Translations under genes and position numbers: made by a program | Source: an uncultured Thermoplasmatales archaeon | Lineage (GTDB): Archaea; Thermoplasmatota; E2; DHVEG-1 | NCBI GenBank assembly: GCA_964414035.1 | Contig: CAYPUK010000127.1 | Span: forward strand, 1 to 62,603 | Direction: 5' to 3' | DNA: 62,603 bases | The notes under the pieces: generated by a model | Seen by the model: the letters and a program-made list of their open reading frames with translations, nothing else | Database searches by the model: none | Told to the model about the DNA's origin: nothing | Shown here: positions 45,061 through 54,042 of the stretch, piece after piece | Layout of the letters: every line of letters begins with the position of its first letter | Position numbering within the stretch: position 1 is the stretch's first letter

Positions 45061-45948
45061 CTACCAAAGCATCATGTTTGCAAGTGACCATGATCCTTGC
45101 AATGTTTTTTTCAATGATTGTGTGATATTGTCTTTTGTCCATTGAAATGATTTGAATCGTTTTTTTATGTCATTTTTTACTGAAAAATTTTTTAGTTCTA
45201 GGTGATGATCAGTATCGATTCCATTGGTACAATGTTTACATTCGATAAGTCCTTTTTTCTCTAGTTCAATATAAATCATGCCTGTTGTTGCTGCTATGAG
45301 TAATGCACTGAAAATGAGGAGAAGCGCGTTCAATCCAAAAAATCCGAATAATAAGATGGTGACGGGTAGATTGGCCCAGGGTGAAGCAAGTAGAAATGCA
45401 ATGACTGCTGAGGTATTCGCTCCTTTTTTGTATAACTCCATTGCAATGGCAAGAATTCCATGAGAACATGCACTCATTAGAAATCCAAGGGATATTGCGT
45501 AAAAAATTGTTTTTCTTTTGTGTAATGATAAGTATTTTTCGATATATGTTTGTGGGATGAAGTGATCAATTATGCCTCCAATGAGAAATCCTAGAAGGAT
45601 TGCCCACCAGATCATCATAAAATATTCGTGAAATGCATCAGCGAATGGGTGAAGTATTGGTAGAAAAAGACTAGCGATGAGGGTGAGGATGGTGATGAGG
45701 GTGACGATGAATAGTTTTTGTTTATACCATGCTTTTTTTTGATTGGGGTGGCAACTTGGACAATATGTTTGTTCAGGTGGAATGTTATGCTGTTTTTCGT
45801 ATTTTTCGATACAGTGTTGGCTGCAAAAGTAGTGTCCATGTGCTGGAATGGTACCTTTCATCCCGCAAATTGAATCTGTTTTATCAATGGTTATTTTTGG
45901 TTTTTTCATTTTATTCATTTGAGGATCAAACCTTTTTGCATATACCAA
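45061..45948 (-). CDS. N-terminal TRASH/YHS metal-binding domain plus the first half of an ArsP/DUF318-type permease
   Basis: ICGMKGTIPAHGHYFCSQHCIEKY (TRASH-like) and the repeat-1 motif SACSHGILAIAMELYKKG. The probable start is MKKPKI at 45909, which removes the overlap with ogg. Confidence 0.65.
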   Translation of the reverse strand: MVYAKRFDPQMNKMKKPKITIDKTDSICGMKGTIPAHGHYFCSQHCIEKYEKQHNIPPEQTYCPSCHPNQKKAWYKQKLFIVTLITILTLIASLFLPILHPFADAFHEYFMMIWWAILLGFLIGGIIDHFIPQTYIEKYLSLHKRKTIFYAISLGFLMSACSHGILAIAMELYKKGANTSAVIAFLLASPWANLPVTILLFGFFGLNALLLIFSALLIAATTGMIYIELEKKGLIECKHCTNGIDTDHHLELKNFSVKNDIKKRFKSFQWTKDNITQSLKKTLQGSWSLANMMLW

Positions 45949-46544
45949 AGATACAGGTCAAGGCTTGCTAATGTTAAATCTGTTTTATTTGCGATTTGCT
46001 GAAGCTTTTGTTCGATTTGTAAATATCTTTTTTTAGTTATTGTTTTTGGTTTTTTGATGATTTCATATGATTGAAGAATTGAAAGGATGTGGGTATCGAT
46101 GATTGCATAGTTGTCATATCCAATATTTCGAAGATAGTGGCTTGCTTCTTTCATTCCTAATCCTTTGATGTGGTCGATAAACCATTCTCTTCGCTTGCTT
46201 TTTTGATAGGTATTGAGTATTTTCTTTAAATTATCTTTATATTGTTGAGCTTCGATGATAAATTCAGTTCGAATATTTGGAAAACGATAATGATGCTTTT
46301 TTAGATGTGTTTTAATTTGATTTTTTGTTGCTGTAGCAAAAGGAATTGAAAACGTTTTTTGAATGGTTAAACAGGTTTGTGCTTGGCAATTTGCGGTAAG
46401 AATACAGTAGCAGAGTTCTGAGAATAATTCGTTGTTTGTGGCATTGTGTTTATATTGTTTAAATGAATGAATCGTTTTTTTGATTGTTCTGTTGAGTTGG
46501 GTATTTTGTTTGAGGTAGTTGATTTCATTTATAAGAGTATTCAT
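45915..46544 (-). CDS. ogg: N-glycosylase/DNA lyase (archaeal Ogg-type 8-oxoguanine glycosylase, HhH-GPD)
   Basis: HIKGLGMKEASHYLRNIGYDNYAIIDTHI helix-hairpin-helix plus catalytic Lys/Asp context. Confidence 0.8.
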   Translation of the reverse strand: MNTLINEINYLKQNTQLNRTIKKTIHSFKQYKHNATNNELFSELCYCILTANCQAQTCLTIQKTFSIPFATATKNQIKTHLKKHHYRFPNIRTEFIIEAQQYKDNLKKILNTYQKSKRREWFIDHIKGLGMKEASHYLRNIGYDNYAIIDTHILSILQSYEIIKKPKTITKKRYLQIEQKLQQIANKTDLTLASLDLYLWYMQKGLILK

Positions 46545-46633
46545 AGTGTATTGACCTACTAAAGTTCATCATCTATTACATGTAATGTTAACAGGCCTAA
46601 TGAATAATTTTGTTTTTATTTGTTGGGTGGTGG

Positions 46634-46748
46634 GTGATGGAAATCCTATTTTTAAAAGAGGTGAAGAAAGGCAAAATATTAAGGAAGGTTGTTGGGAGAT
46701 GGTATGATTTTTATATTTCTTGAGATTTCCATCACAAGATTTTTTTTT
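46634..46748 (+). other. Long stem-loop island G followed by ACA and T9, a candidate small RNA gene
   Basis: GTGATGGAAATC (46634-46645) pairs perfectly with GATTTCCATCAC (46724-46735). ACA 46734-46736 and T9 46740-46748. The interior is purine-rich. Confidence 0.4.
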
Positions 46749-46983
46749 GTTTGTCCCCTTCAATAAATCAAGACGTGTTAATTGTTGGTCTTGAATATGT
46801 TTGATTATACACTCACCCTATTAACATATGTTACTTTAATCTATTATAAAAACTTTTCTAAGCCGGCTTATAAAAGATGAGATTATTGCTCGTCAAAATT
46901 CACCTTTTTCATGTGATCACACAATAAATGAAATAAATTAAGGCCCGTTAATTTTAAGTATTTTAAGATTGTTTATTGCTATT

Positions 46984-47328
46984 ATGAAGCAAACACCCTG
47001 TGAATTCATGGTCTGGAGTGGATTACCGGTTATCCGTCGAGAAATTGCTGAAAGCCTTATTAACGATTTCGAATTAAATCAAAAACAAACTGCTGAAAAA
47101 CTAGGTGTAACCCCTGCAGCAATCTCTCAATATTTATCTGGAAAACGAGGAAAAATAAAAATCATTGATGAAAAAATCTTAGCAGAAATCAAAAAGTCCG
47201 CTGGAAGAATCTATGAAAAAGGAGAAAGTAAAATTCTTCCTGAAACCTGCCGAATCTGTAAAATCATGCGTAAAAGTGGGATATTCTCCTTTTACTGTGA
47301 TGCTTGCATCGTTGAAACTGAAGATTAA
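46984..47328 (+). CDS. XRE-type HTH regulator with a C-terminal Cys cluster
   Basis: NQKQTAEKLGVTPAAISQYLSGKRG HTH and C-terminal CRICKIM...FYCDAC. The track start 46969 is TTG. Confidence 0.6.
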   Translation: MKQTPCEFMVWSGLPVIRREIAESLINDFELNQKQTAEKLGVTPAAISQYLSGKRGKIKIIDEKILAEIKKSAGRIYEKGESKILPETCRICKIMRKSGIFSFYCDACIVETED

Positions 47329-47991
47329 CTAATCTTTAAGATCTTTCAAAAGAATAGTTGCTCTCCGGCAAGTTTTTTGTTCAAACGGATGAAGAGTAGA
47401 TTGCTTCTTTTTTTCTAATAGAAAAGTTGACGTTTCATCTTTTAAATTGGTCAAATGTCTTTTTCTATCAGTTGCTGTTAACGGCTTTTCACCTTGTAAC
47501 TTTTGACCTCCTTCAAATCCCCCCTCTGGAAAATACCAGTCCTTAAACCAGGTACAACCGTTCCGATATAAAAGAAACCCAAGTCGAGATAGTACCATAG
47601 GGACATTCATCATTAACGCTTTTCTTGTTTCATCGTCTGGCTCATAAGAAACAAATATTTTTCCAGCTGGAGGAAGATTTTTGCAAAAAAGTTGAAGCAA
47701 TGTTTTTTCAACAGATGAATCAACATAAGAAAAGTTTTGATCATCATCTTTTTTAAAAACTTCATAGGGATATCCGATTTCAATCCAAGGATGATACCAA
47801 GGCTTAATTCCAGAAAAAAAGGTAACATCCATAATATTCAGATTAACTTTGTCCCGTCTAACAAAAACAGTTGTCCTTTTTTCATCAGAAGACCTTCCAG
47901 ATATCAGTTTAGATCTTTTGATCACAACCTTATCACAATTGATCCCCTTTTCTAATGCGTTCAAAGATTCTTCAAACACTGATAAATTCAC
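47329..47991 (-). CDS. Hypothetical protein
   Basis: 220-aa ORF with a conserved-looking WYFPEGGFEGGQKLQGEKP segment. Family not recognised with confidence. Confidence 0.45.
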   Translation of the reverse strand: MNLSVFEESLNALEKGINCDKVVIKRSKLISGRSSDEKRTTVFVRRDKVNLNIMDVTFFSGIKPWYHPWIEIGYPYEVFKKDDDQNFSYVDSSVEKTLLQLFCKNLPPAGKIFVSYEPDDETRKALMMNVPMVLSRLGFLLYRNGCTWFKDWYFPEGGFEGGQKLQGEKPLTATDRKRHLTNLKDETSTFLLEKKKQSTLHPFEQKTCRRATILLKDLKD

Positions 47992-48039
47992 CTACAATAT
48001 CACATTATACCGATTATCAAGAATAAAGACACCCAAACG

Positions 48040-49675
48040 TTATGATGTTTCTTGGACTGGTTGCCAATATGGATGAGATATATCTTCAAATGCTGATGTT
48101 GCCGCAGTTGCCCCTTCGCCAACCGCAGTTACTATCTGACGTACCCCACCAGTGATATCACCAGCAGCATAAAGACGAGGAATATTGGTTCGACCGAAAC
48201 GATCAACCTTTACATATCCTGATTCATCAAGCTTCAATCCAATTTGCACGGCTAACTCATTCATTGGTGTTTCACCGATTGAAACAAAAACAGCATCAGC
48301 ATCAATAGTGCGAAATTCATTTGTCTTATTATTTATGAGTACTACCTGTTCCACATGATCTGAACCTTTAATTTCCTCAACTTCTGAATTCCATAACACC
48401 TTAATCTTTTCTCGTTTCACTGATTCCTGCAAATGATTTTCAGCTCGAAACTCATCACGACGGTGAACAAGAGTAACTTTTGATCCAATATTATGAAGAT
48501 ACAATGCATCAGTTAATGCAGTATTTCCACCACCGACAACGATCACTTGTTTATTTTTATATAAATATCCATCACAAGTTGCACAATAACTTACTCCTCG
48601 GCCATATAAAGATTCTTCACCGTTAACCTCAAGTTTCCGATGAGTCGTTCCCGTTGCTAAAATCAATGCCTTTCCAGGCAAAATCCGCTTTGATGTAATC
48701 GCCTCAATATGTTTACCAACTTTGATTTCATGAATTGGTTCGTTTTCTAAGATCGGCACGTATTCTTTGGTTTGGGCGGTTATCATTTCCATGAGTTCTT
48801 GACCCGGAATACTTTTAAAACCAGGCCAATTTTCAACAACAGGAGTAATTGCTACTTGACCACCAATATTACCTTTTTCAATAACCCCTGTTTCCAGTCC
48901 ACTCCGTGCACCATAAATCCCTGCGGTTAATCCATCTGGACCTGCACCAATAACAATTAAATCAACTTCAACTTCTTGAGATGCAGATTGGTCATCATAT
49001 GTTTCTTCCAATTCAATTTCTTTAAGGGTCAATACCTCTTCAATAAATTTTTCTTCCGGTTCAAGTTCTTTACTAATCGATTGTTCGTTGATAACTGTGT
49101 GTGGAACGGCACCAACATTGAATCGTTGTGATAACTCCATTTGTTCAGAGGCATCGATACATTCAGCTGAGATAAGATCCGGACGTTCAATTGCTGCTTT
49201 GAATCCATTGATCACTTGACCTGGACAATACGGACAAGACAAGGTAACAAATACCATCACATGACGTTTCTCTTTTAGTTCCGCGAGTCGATTCCGAGAT
49301 GCTTGCGAAAGTCTACTATCGTTCTGCGATACCATCATGATCGCATCAATAAAAGACCTGCCTTCTTCACCAAATGGAGCTCCAGTATACCAAACATGAT
49401 ATTTTTCTGGTTGGATCATAACTGTTGGTGACCGAGTTACCTTGTATTTTTTTGCTGTTTCATCTCCGATTGTATGAAATGTCCCAGTTATCTTCTCTGA
49501 AATTGAAGATAGTTCTTTAACAAATAATTCCGTGATTTGATTGAATTCATCATTTTCACCTTTTTTAGTAAAAACGGCAAGGTGTACTGATTCATCTAGA
49601 TCTTTGAAACGTTTGTGTAATACTTTTTTTGTTTCTTCTGGAAGATGCCAATCCTGATGATTTTTTTTTATCCAT
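48040..49675 (-). CDS. Protein-disulfide oxidoreductase (two thioredoxin-fold units, CPYC) fused to thioredoxin reductase. The 5' end is disrupted by a 1-nt frameshift in an A9 run.
   Basis: GAGPDGLTAGIY, CATCDG, VVGGGNTA and YAAGD (TrxR); LSCPYCPG (PDO). The same frame stays open for 85 more codons upstream of the track start, to 49674. ATG 49675-49673 is one base out of frame across 49661-49669. Confidence 0.85.
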
Positions 49676-49704
49676 TATGCTATCCCATCCGTTATTCTTT
49701 TTGT

Positions 49705-50487
49705 TCATCGATACATGTTCATTGGAAATCCAGATTGCGGAGCAGTCGGTTTTGATTCTGCCATAAATGACTTAATTTTTTCTTCAATTCGTTCAGCCTC
49801 TTCATAGAGTGGTTTGGGATCAAGTTTAATTCCGGGAAGCATGACATCTAACACCTGGATGAGTTCAGCTGCTGCTCGTGAATCAGGAAATTTCGAATGT
49901 GCTTTCGAAAGTAAACACATCATGTTCTTATTTTGCAACGCAGATTTATATAATAACACCCCAGTCACACCAGTAATCATTCCTTCGCCCATCTGAGGAA
50001 TATTAAATTTTTCTAATACACTTTGCATATACTTATTGCTAGCTACTCCAGAAACCTTATTTTCTTTTTCATCAGTTTCCTTTTTTCCATGAGATCCTTC
50101 AAAAGAAGTGATTACTCGACAATTTTTTTCTTCTGCCCATTCAAGAATAGTATCAACTAGATCCCCAATGATTTCATACGGTGGCATAAACTCAGACATG
50201 ATCACTGCAATTTGGTCACATCCATCTTTTGGCCCACATTTCTTCTTTCCTGCATAAATTCGAACGGGAGGAGAAGGATATTTATTATGGATAACCGTGG
50301 TAGGCATAAATTTATTTGAGACAATGGCTCCAAGTTCCTTCAGTTTTAAAGAATCAACGATATGATGGCCTGCGATCGAACTAACCAGACCGACTGTGGG
50401 AAATGATACTGCAAGCATACAATTTGACAAATCCATTTTCTTATGTTCAATGATTTGAATATCGGCGGTCATATTTTTTTTCACCAA
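49705..50487 (-). CDS. PAC2-family proteasome assembly chaperone
   Basis: Archaeal PAC2-like length and pattern. The C-terminal ...NMYR fits a hydrophobic-Tyr-X (HbYX) proteasome-docking tail. Confidence 0.7.
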   Translation of the reverse strand: MVKKNMTADIQIIEHKKMDLSNCMLAVSFPTVGLVSSIAGHHIVDSLKLKELGAIVSNKFMPTTVIHNKYPSPPVRIYAGKKKCGPKDGCDQIAVIMSEFMPPYEIIGDLVDTILEWAEEKNCRVITSFEGSHGKKETDEKENKVSGVASNKYMQSVLEKFNIPQMGEGMITGVTGVLLYKSALQNKNMMCLLSKAHSKFPDSRAAAELIQVLDVMLPGIKLDPKPLYEEAERIEEKIKSFMAESKPTAPQSGFPMNMYR

Positions 50488-50572
50488 AAAAAAGAATAGA
50501 TAAAATTATTAAAAGATTGTCTACAAAATAATATCAAACTGGTCTTCTATCTAAGATTAAAAGAACATGAAG

Positions 50573-51133
50573 TCAGATTTTTGAAGGAGTTATAATATCT
50601 GTAATAATGTCTTTTATCACGCCTAGGATTATGATGATGATATTAAGGAAAATGCCGATTAATCCCGTGATCACACTTGCAATGAGATCTAGTACACCAC
50701 TTAGGATAGCGCCAAGGTGAAATACTTTTTTAATAATGGTGAAAATTAAATTTATAATAATGCTGATCATTGTATTCAATAAACCTGAAATGAGACTAAG
50801 AAATGTTATTAGTGCATTTAAGATAAATACAATAATTGAAAGTATAAAATTAAGAATCGATCCTAATACTGCCGGTAATTTTTCTTCTGAACTTATTTGA
50901 GATTGCATCATTTCTAAAACAGTAAATAGATTATCTTTTTGACTTAATTGATCAAAATCATCGATGAATTGAATAATCTTATTTTTATTTGACTGTTTAA
51001 TTTGCATTGATTCTGTAATTAAATTGATGTTGTGATCTTTGACCATATTGTAATCTATTGCAGATATATTTGGAAGCATGAGAAATACTATCGTTGATAA
51101 AATAGTTAAAAAAGTCATCTTTCTTTGTTTCAT
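50573..51133 (-). CDS. Hypothetical exported/membrane protein with a repetitive hydrophobic C-terminal half
   Basis: Signal peptide, then a repeated Ile/Leu-rich heptad-like region. Confidence 0.4.
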   Translation of the reverse strand: MKQRKMTFLTILSTIVFLMLPNISAIDYNMVKDHNINLITESMQIKQSNKNKIIQFIDDFDQLSQKDNLFTVLEMMQSQISSEEKLPAVLGSILNFILSIIVFILNALITFLSLISGLLNTMISIIINLIFTIIKKVFHLGAILSGVLDLIASVITGLIGIFLNIIIIILGVIKDIITDIITPSKI

Positions 51134-51219
51134 AAAACTTCCTCTAATATGATATGGAAATTGTTATATAAAAATATTAGTATGGTAAATATTTTAGTTT
51201 TTTCAATAATTAATGAACG

Positions 51220-51588
51220 TTATTCTGTATTTTTTTGCTGTTCCCAATATTTTTGTTCTTCTAAAAGATGTTCTTTTAACTGGGAAAATGACCACGAAAT
51301 ATTATGTTTGGTTAATCCACAAAAAATCGGTCGTTGTACTGCAATTGGAAATTCTTTCAAAATATGTTGTATTTCTTCGTTAGTTATATTAATGAACATA
51401 ATTATTTTAGTATCTTTATCTTCGAATTTGTTCTCTTGATGAGTATTAATGAGCGAATCGATTATCTCTGATTCTTTACCAACAGCGCTAATTATGAATA
51501 GTGGTTTCTTTATTGTTTTAGTAATAGAATCATTGATACGATCTGCATCAGGTTTGCCATATCCATACATCAAAATTCCAGGATTCAT
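51220..51588 (-). CDS. Hypothetical protein
   Basis: 122-aa ORF. Family not recognised with confidence. Confidence 0.4.
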   Translation of the reverse strand: MNPGILMYGYGKPDADRINDSITKTIKKPLFIISAVGKESEIIDSLINTHQENKFEDKDTKIIMFINITNEEIQHILKEFPIAVQRPIFCGLTKHNISWSFSQLKEHLLEEQKYWEQQKNTE

Positions 51589-51704
51589 ATATTATCAACG
51601 CCCAACATGTGTTTTATCAAGAATTATCTGTTCTTTTAAAAAGAATACGAAGGTAACATTGAAACTTAGCTTTTTCTTTCAGATTCGATAAAGGGGTATA
51701 AAGA

Positions 51705-51768
51705 GGGAGAAAAGGTTGGGATGTCGATTCAGATGGGTATGTCTGAAAATTTTTAATCCCTTTTCCCC
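51705..51768. other. Purine-rich stem-loop island H, function unknown
   Basis: GGGAGAAAA..GGGAT (51705-51722) pairs with ATCCC-TTTTCCCC (51756-51768). Inner hairpin TTCAGA (51728-51733)/TCTGAA (51742-51747). Confidence 0.45.
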
Positions 51769-51961
51769 GCATCTCATTAATACTAGGAACTCTCCTGCTT
51801 TTAATAGTCTTTTTCGCAAGCAAGACTGCACTTACACTATATCATGCATTTATTCCTGCATACTCAGATGAGTTATATCACTGAAAATTGCAAATGTTTT
51901 TAAAGATTGAATTACATGGTTTATCTTAGAAGAAAATAAAATAGCATTCTGGGGACAAAGT

Positions 51962-53236
51962 ATGCAATTAAATTTATTTCGAAAAAAAATAATTACAATG
52001 TTCTTTGCTTTGGTATTAACCAGTATTCTTTTACCTTTTAGTACAGCAGATGATGGTCTATTAAATGAACCAGGAACTGTTTCAACTAATAGTTATGAGT
52101 ATTATACTTATCCAGAAATGACTTCTTTACTCCAGAATCTTTCAAAGAATCATTCAGATATCATGTCTCTATCATCATTAGGTAAGACGTATGAGGGAAG
52201 GGATATTTGGCTAGTTAAACTATCGGATAACGTGGAAGTTGATGAGGATGAACCAGCGGTTCTTTTGATGGGTGCTCATCATGGTAATGAAAAACCATCA
52301 TATGAAGTATTGATTTATTTCATCAATTATGTTCTTGAATCATATTCTCTTGAGAATATAGATAATGATGGTGATGGTCAAGTTAATGAGGATATCATTG
52401 ATGGTTTTGATAATGATAATGATGGAAAGATTGATGAAGATCCATCTGAAGAACGAGTGCGAGAGGTGATTGATAATACACAAATCTACCTTATTCCTAT
52501 GGTGAATCCAGATGGCGTTGAATATAATTGGCGGAAAAACCGAGCACCAAATTATGGGCCAGATGGAAACAGTGATGAAATCACGTCATATGGGGTTGAT
52601 TTAAATCGGAATTATGGGTATATGTGGAATATCGTGTATCTGTTTCCAGAAAATTATTTTTTAGAGTATATCACTAATGAAGAAACATGGGTATATCGAG
52701 GTGAGGAACCTTTTTCGGAAAAAGAGACTCAAGCGGTGAAATCGTTTGTAGAAACTCAGGATATTAGTATTTCTTTATCTTATCATGATTATGGGGAGTT
52801 CATGTTGTTTCCATGGATGCATACCAGTAGACGTACACCGCATGAAACACTTTTTAGATCAATTGGAGAAAACATGTCAAACATTAATAAATATGATCTA
52901 CGAATCTATGGTCAATATGGAGAACGAGAGTATCTCATACCTCGATATCAAGGAACTCCAGGATCTTCAGAAAACTGGTTGTATGGTGAACATCAAATCC
53001 TTGCGTTTACAATGGAACTCTGTAAACATCGGCCTGAACGATATGAACCGTATGTATTTGATGCCTGCTGGAAGCATGTTGGCGTGAATCTTTATGTATG
53101 TGAACGTGCACAAACCGTGGAACTTGAAAAAAAGGTATGTGAACAACAATTCAATCCTAATTTAGATGGATTGTTCTTTCAAAATAGATTACCCGAACGT
53201 ATTGCAGAGTATCTTCCTCTACGAATGATACAATAA
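51962..53236 (+). CDS. Exported M14 zinc carboxypeptidase with an inserted Asp-rich Ca-binding-like segment
   Basis: GAHHGNE (HxxE), NPDGV, DLNRNY and SYHDYGEFMLFPW motifs. Insertion NIDNDGDGQVNEDIIDGFDNDNDGKIDED. Confidence 0.85.
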   Translation: MQLNLFRKKIITMFFALVLTSILLPFSTADDGLLNEPGTVSTNSYEYYTYPEMTSLLQNLSKNHSDIMSLSSLGKTYEGRDIWLVKLSDNVEVDEDEPAVLLMGAHHGNEKPSYEVLIYFINYVLESYSLENIDNDGDGQVNEDIIDGFDNDNDGKIDEDPSEERVREVIDNTQIYLIPMVNPDGVEYNWRKNRAPNYGPDGNSDEITSYGVDLNRNYGYMWNIVYLFPENYFLEYITNEETWVYRGEEPFSEKETQAVKSFVETQDISISLSYHDYGEFMLFPWMHTSRRTPHETLFRSIGENMSNINKYDLRIYGQYGEREYLIPRYQGTPGSSENWLYGEHQILAFTMELCKHRPERYEPYVFDACWKHVGVNLYVCERAQTVELEKKVCEQQFNPNLDGLFFQNRLPERIAEYLPLRMIQ

Positions 53237-53267
53237 AAAAATAAGAGATAAAAAAAGTGATGTACGA

Positions 53268-53420
53268 TCATAATTCGTTGTTCTTGATTTTTGTTTTAAG
53301 ATCTGTCCATTCTTGCATTGTTAATCTACATTTATTATTATCTTCTCCGATTTCAACGAAATCATTTCCGATATCAACACTTGGGCAGCATCCTTTTTCA
53401 CCACAAAGATATACTTTCAT
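53268..53420 (-). CDS. 50-aa Cys-rich mini-protein, paralog of 30315..30479
   Basis: MKVYLCGEKGCCPSVDIGNDFVEIGEDNNKCRLTMQEWTDLKTKIKNNEL. GGAGGTGA lies 8 nt upstream of ATG 53420. The track start 53462 is probably too long. Confidence 0.6.
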   Translation of the reverse strand: MKVYLCGEKGCCPSVDIGNDFVEIGEDNNKCRLTMQEWTDLKTKIKNNEL

Positions 53421-53549
53421 TTCTTTTGTCACCTCCACATCAACCATACCAATAATAAACAATTGTTAATTATTTTAGTCTTTTGGTTTAACTCTTAAAT
53501 TATGAATCCGTAACTTCTACAGAGGAAAGGTACATAGAATAGTGAGGTC

Positions 53550-53633
53550 AGAGCGGAGAATTAGTTTCCTTTAAGGGGGCAATCAAGGAGGCTAATTAAC
53601 CTAAAAAAAGCAATTGGTATTATCCTCCGCTCT
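53550..53633. other. Purine-rich stem-loop island B, related to island A
   Basis: AGAGCGGAG (53550-53558) pairs with CTCCGCTCT (53625-53633). The inner hairpin AATTAGTTTCC/GGAGGCTAATT has two U-G pairs valid only on the + strand. Confidence 0.5.
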
Positions 53634-54042
53634 TCATATCAAAGAACAGTATATTTATTTAAAAAATGATTTATGAATTTTTAGTGCATACTCTAAAATT
53701 AATCTGTAAAAATTATGTAATGGATAAAAATTGTAGGTTAAAAACAATCAAACATATTATATGATGATACATCATCATGACTTTTTATTTATTCTTTGTT
53801 TTAATTACCAAATAACTCCCGTTTCAATGTTTAGAAAAAGGTATTGATATATTTTCTATGTCTATTTTTTTAAATGTTCCTAATGTTAATTATAAAAATC
53901 TAATTTTCACGTATAAGATGAAAAATAAACCTTTAAATGTAACGTTAATGTTATTTAATTATAGATATATTAATATATGAGAAATGATAATATATCATTT
54001 AGATTCCAGTCAAATAATTGGAGGGAAGAATCGGAGGAAAAA

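Noticed and set aside
45061-45063. In-frame TAG as pyrrolysine or a reassigned codon.
   Set aside because: TAG also terminates an ordinary gene in the window (the MscS gene at 534-536). No pyl genes are present, and the interrupted gene is not a methylamine methyltransferase. A nonsense mutation or a natural split is more likely.
45671-45710. Imperfect 9-nt tandem repeat (GATGAGGGT / GAGGATGGT...) inside the permease gene.
   Set aside because: It encodes a repetitive TM helix segment (TLITILTLIA). It is explained by protein sequence and is not an independent repeat element.
46634-46735. GATGGAAA/TTTCCATC words plus nearby G-strings (islands G, C and A, and the hairpin at 55677) read as archaeal origin-recognition boxes.
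   Set aside because: There is no orc1/cdc6 gene in the window. The elements are dispersed over 50 kb rather than clustered around an AT-rich unwinding element, and similarity to ORB consensus is limited to TGGAAA.
46569-46763. 64-aa minus-strand ORF spanning island G.
   Set aside because: It coincides with a 12-bp perfect long-range stem and an oligo-T tract. The product has no features, so a structured RNA or DNA element is the more economical reading.
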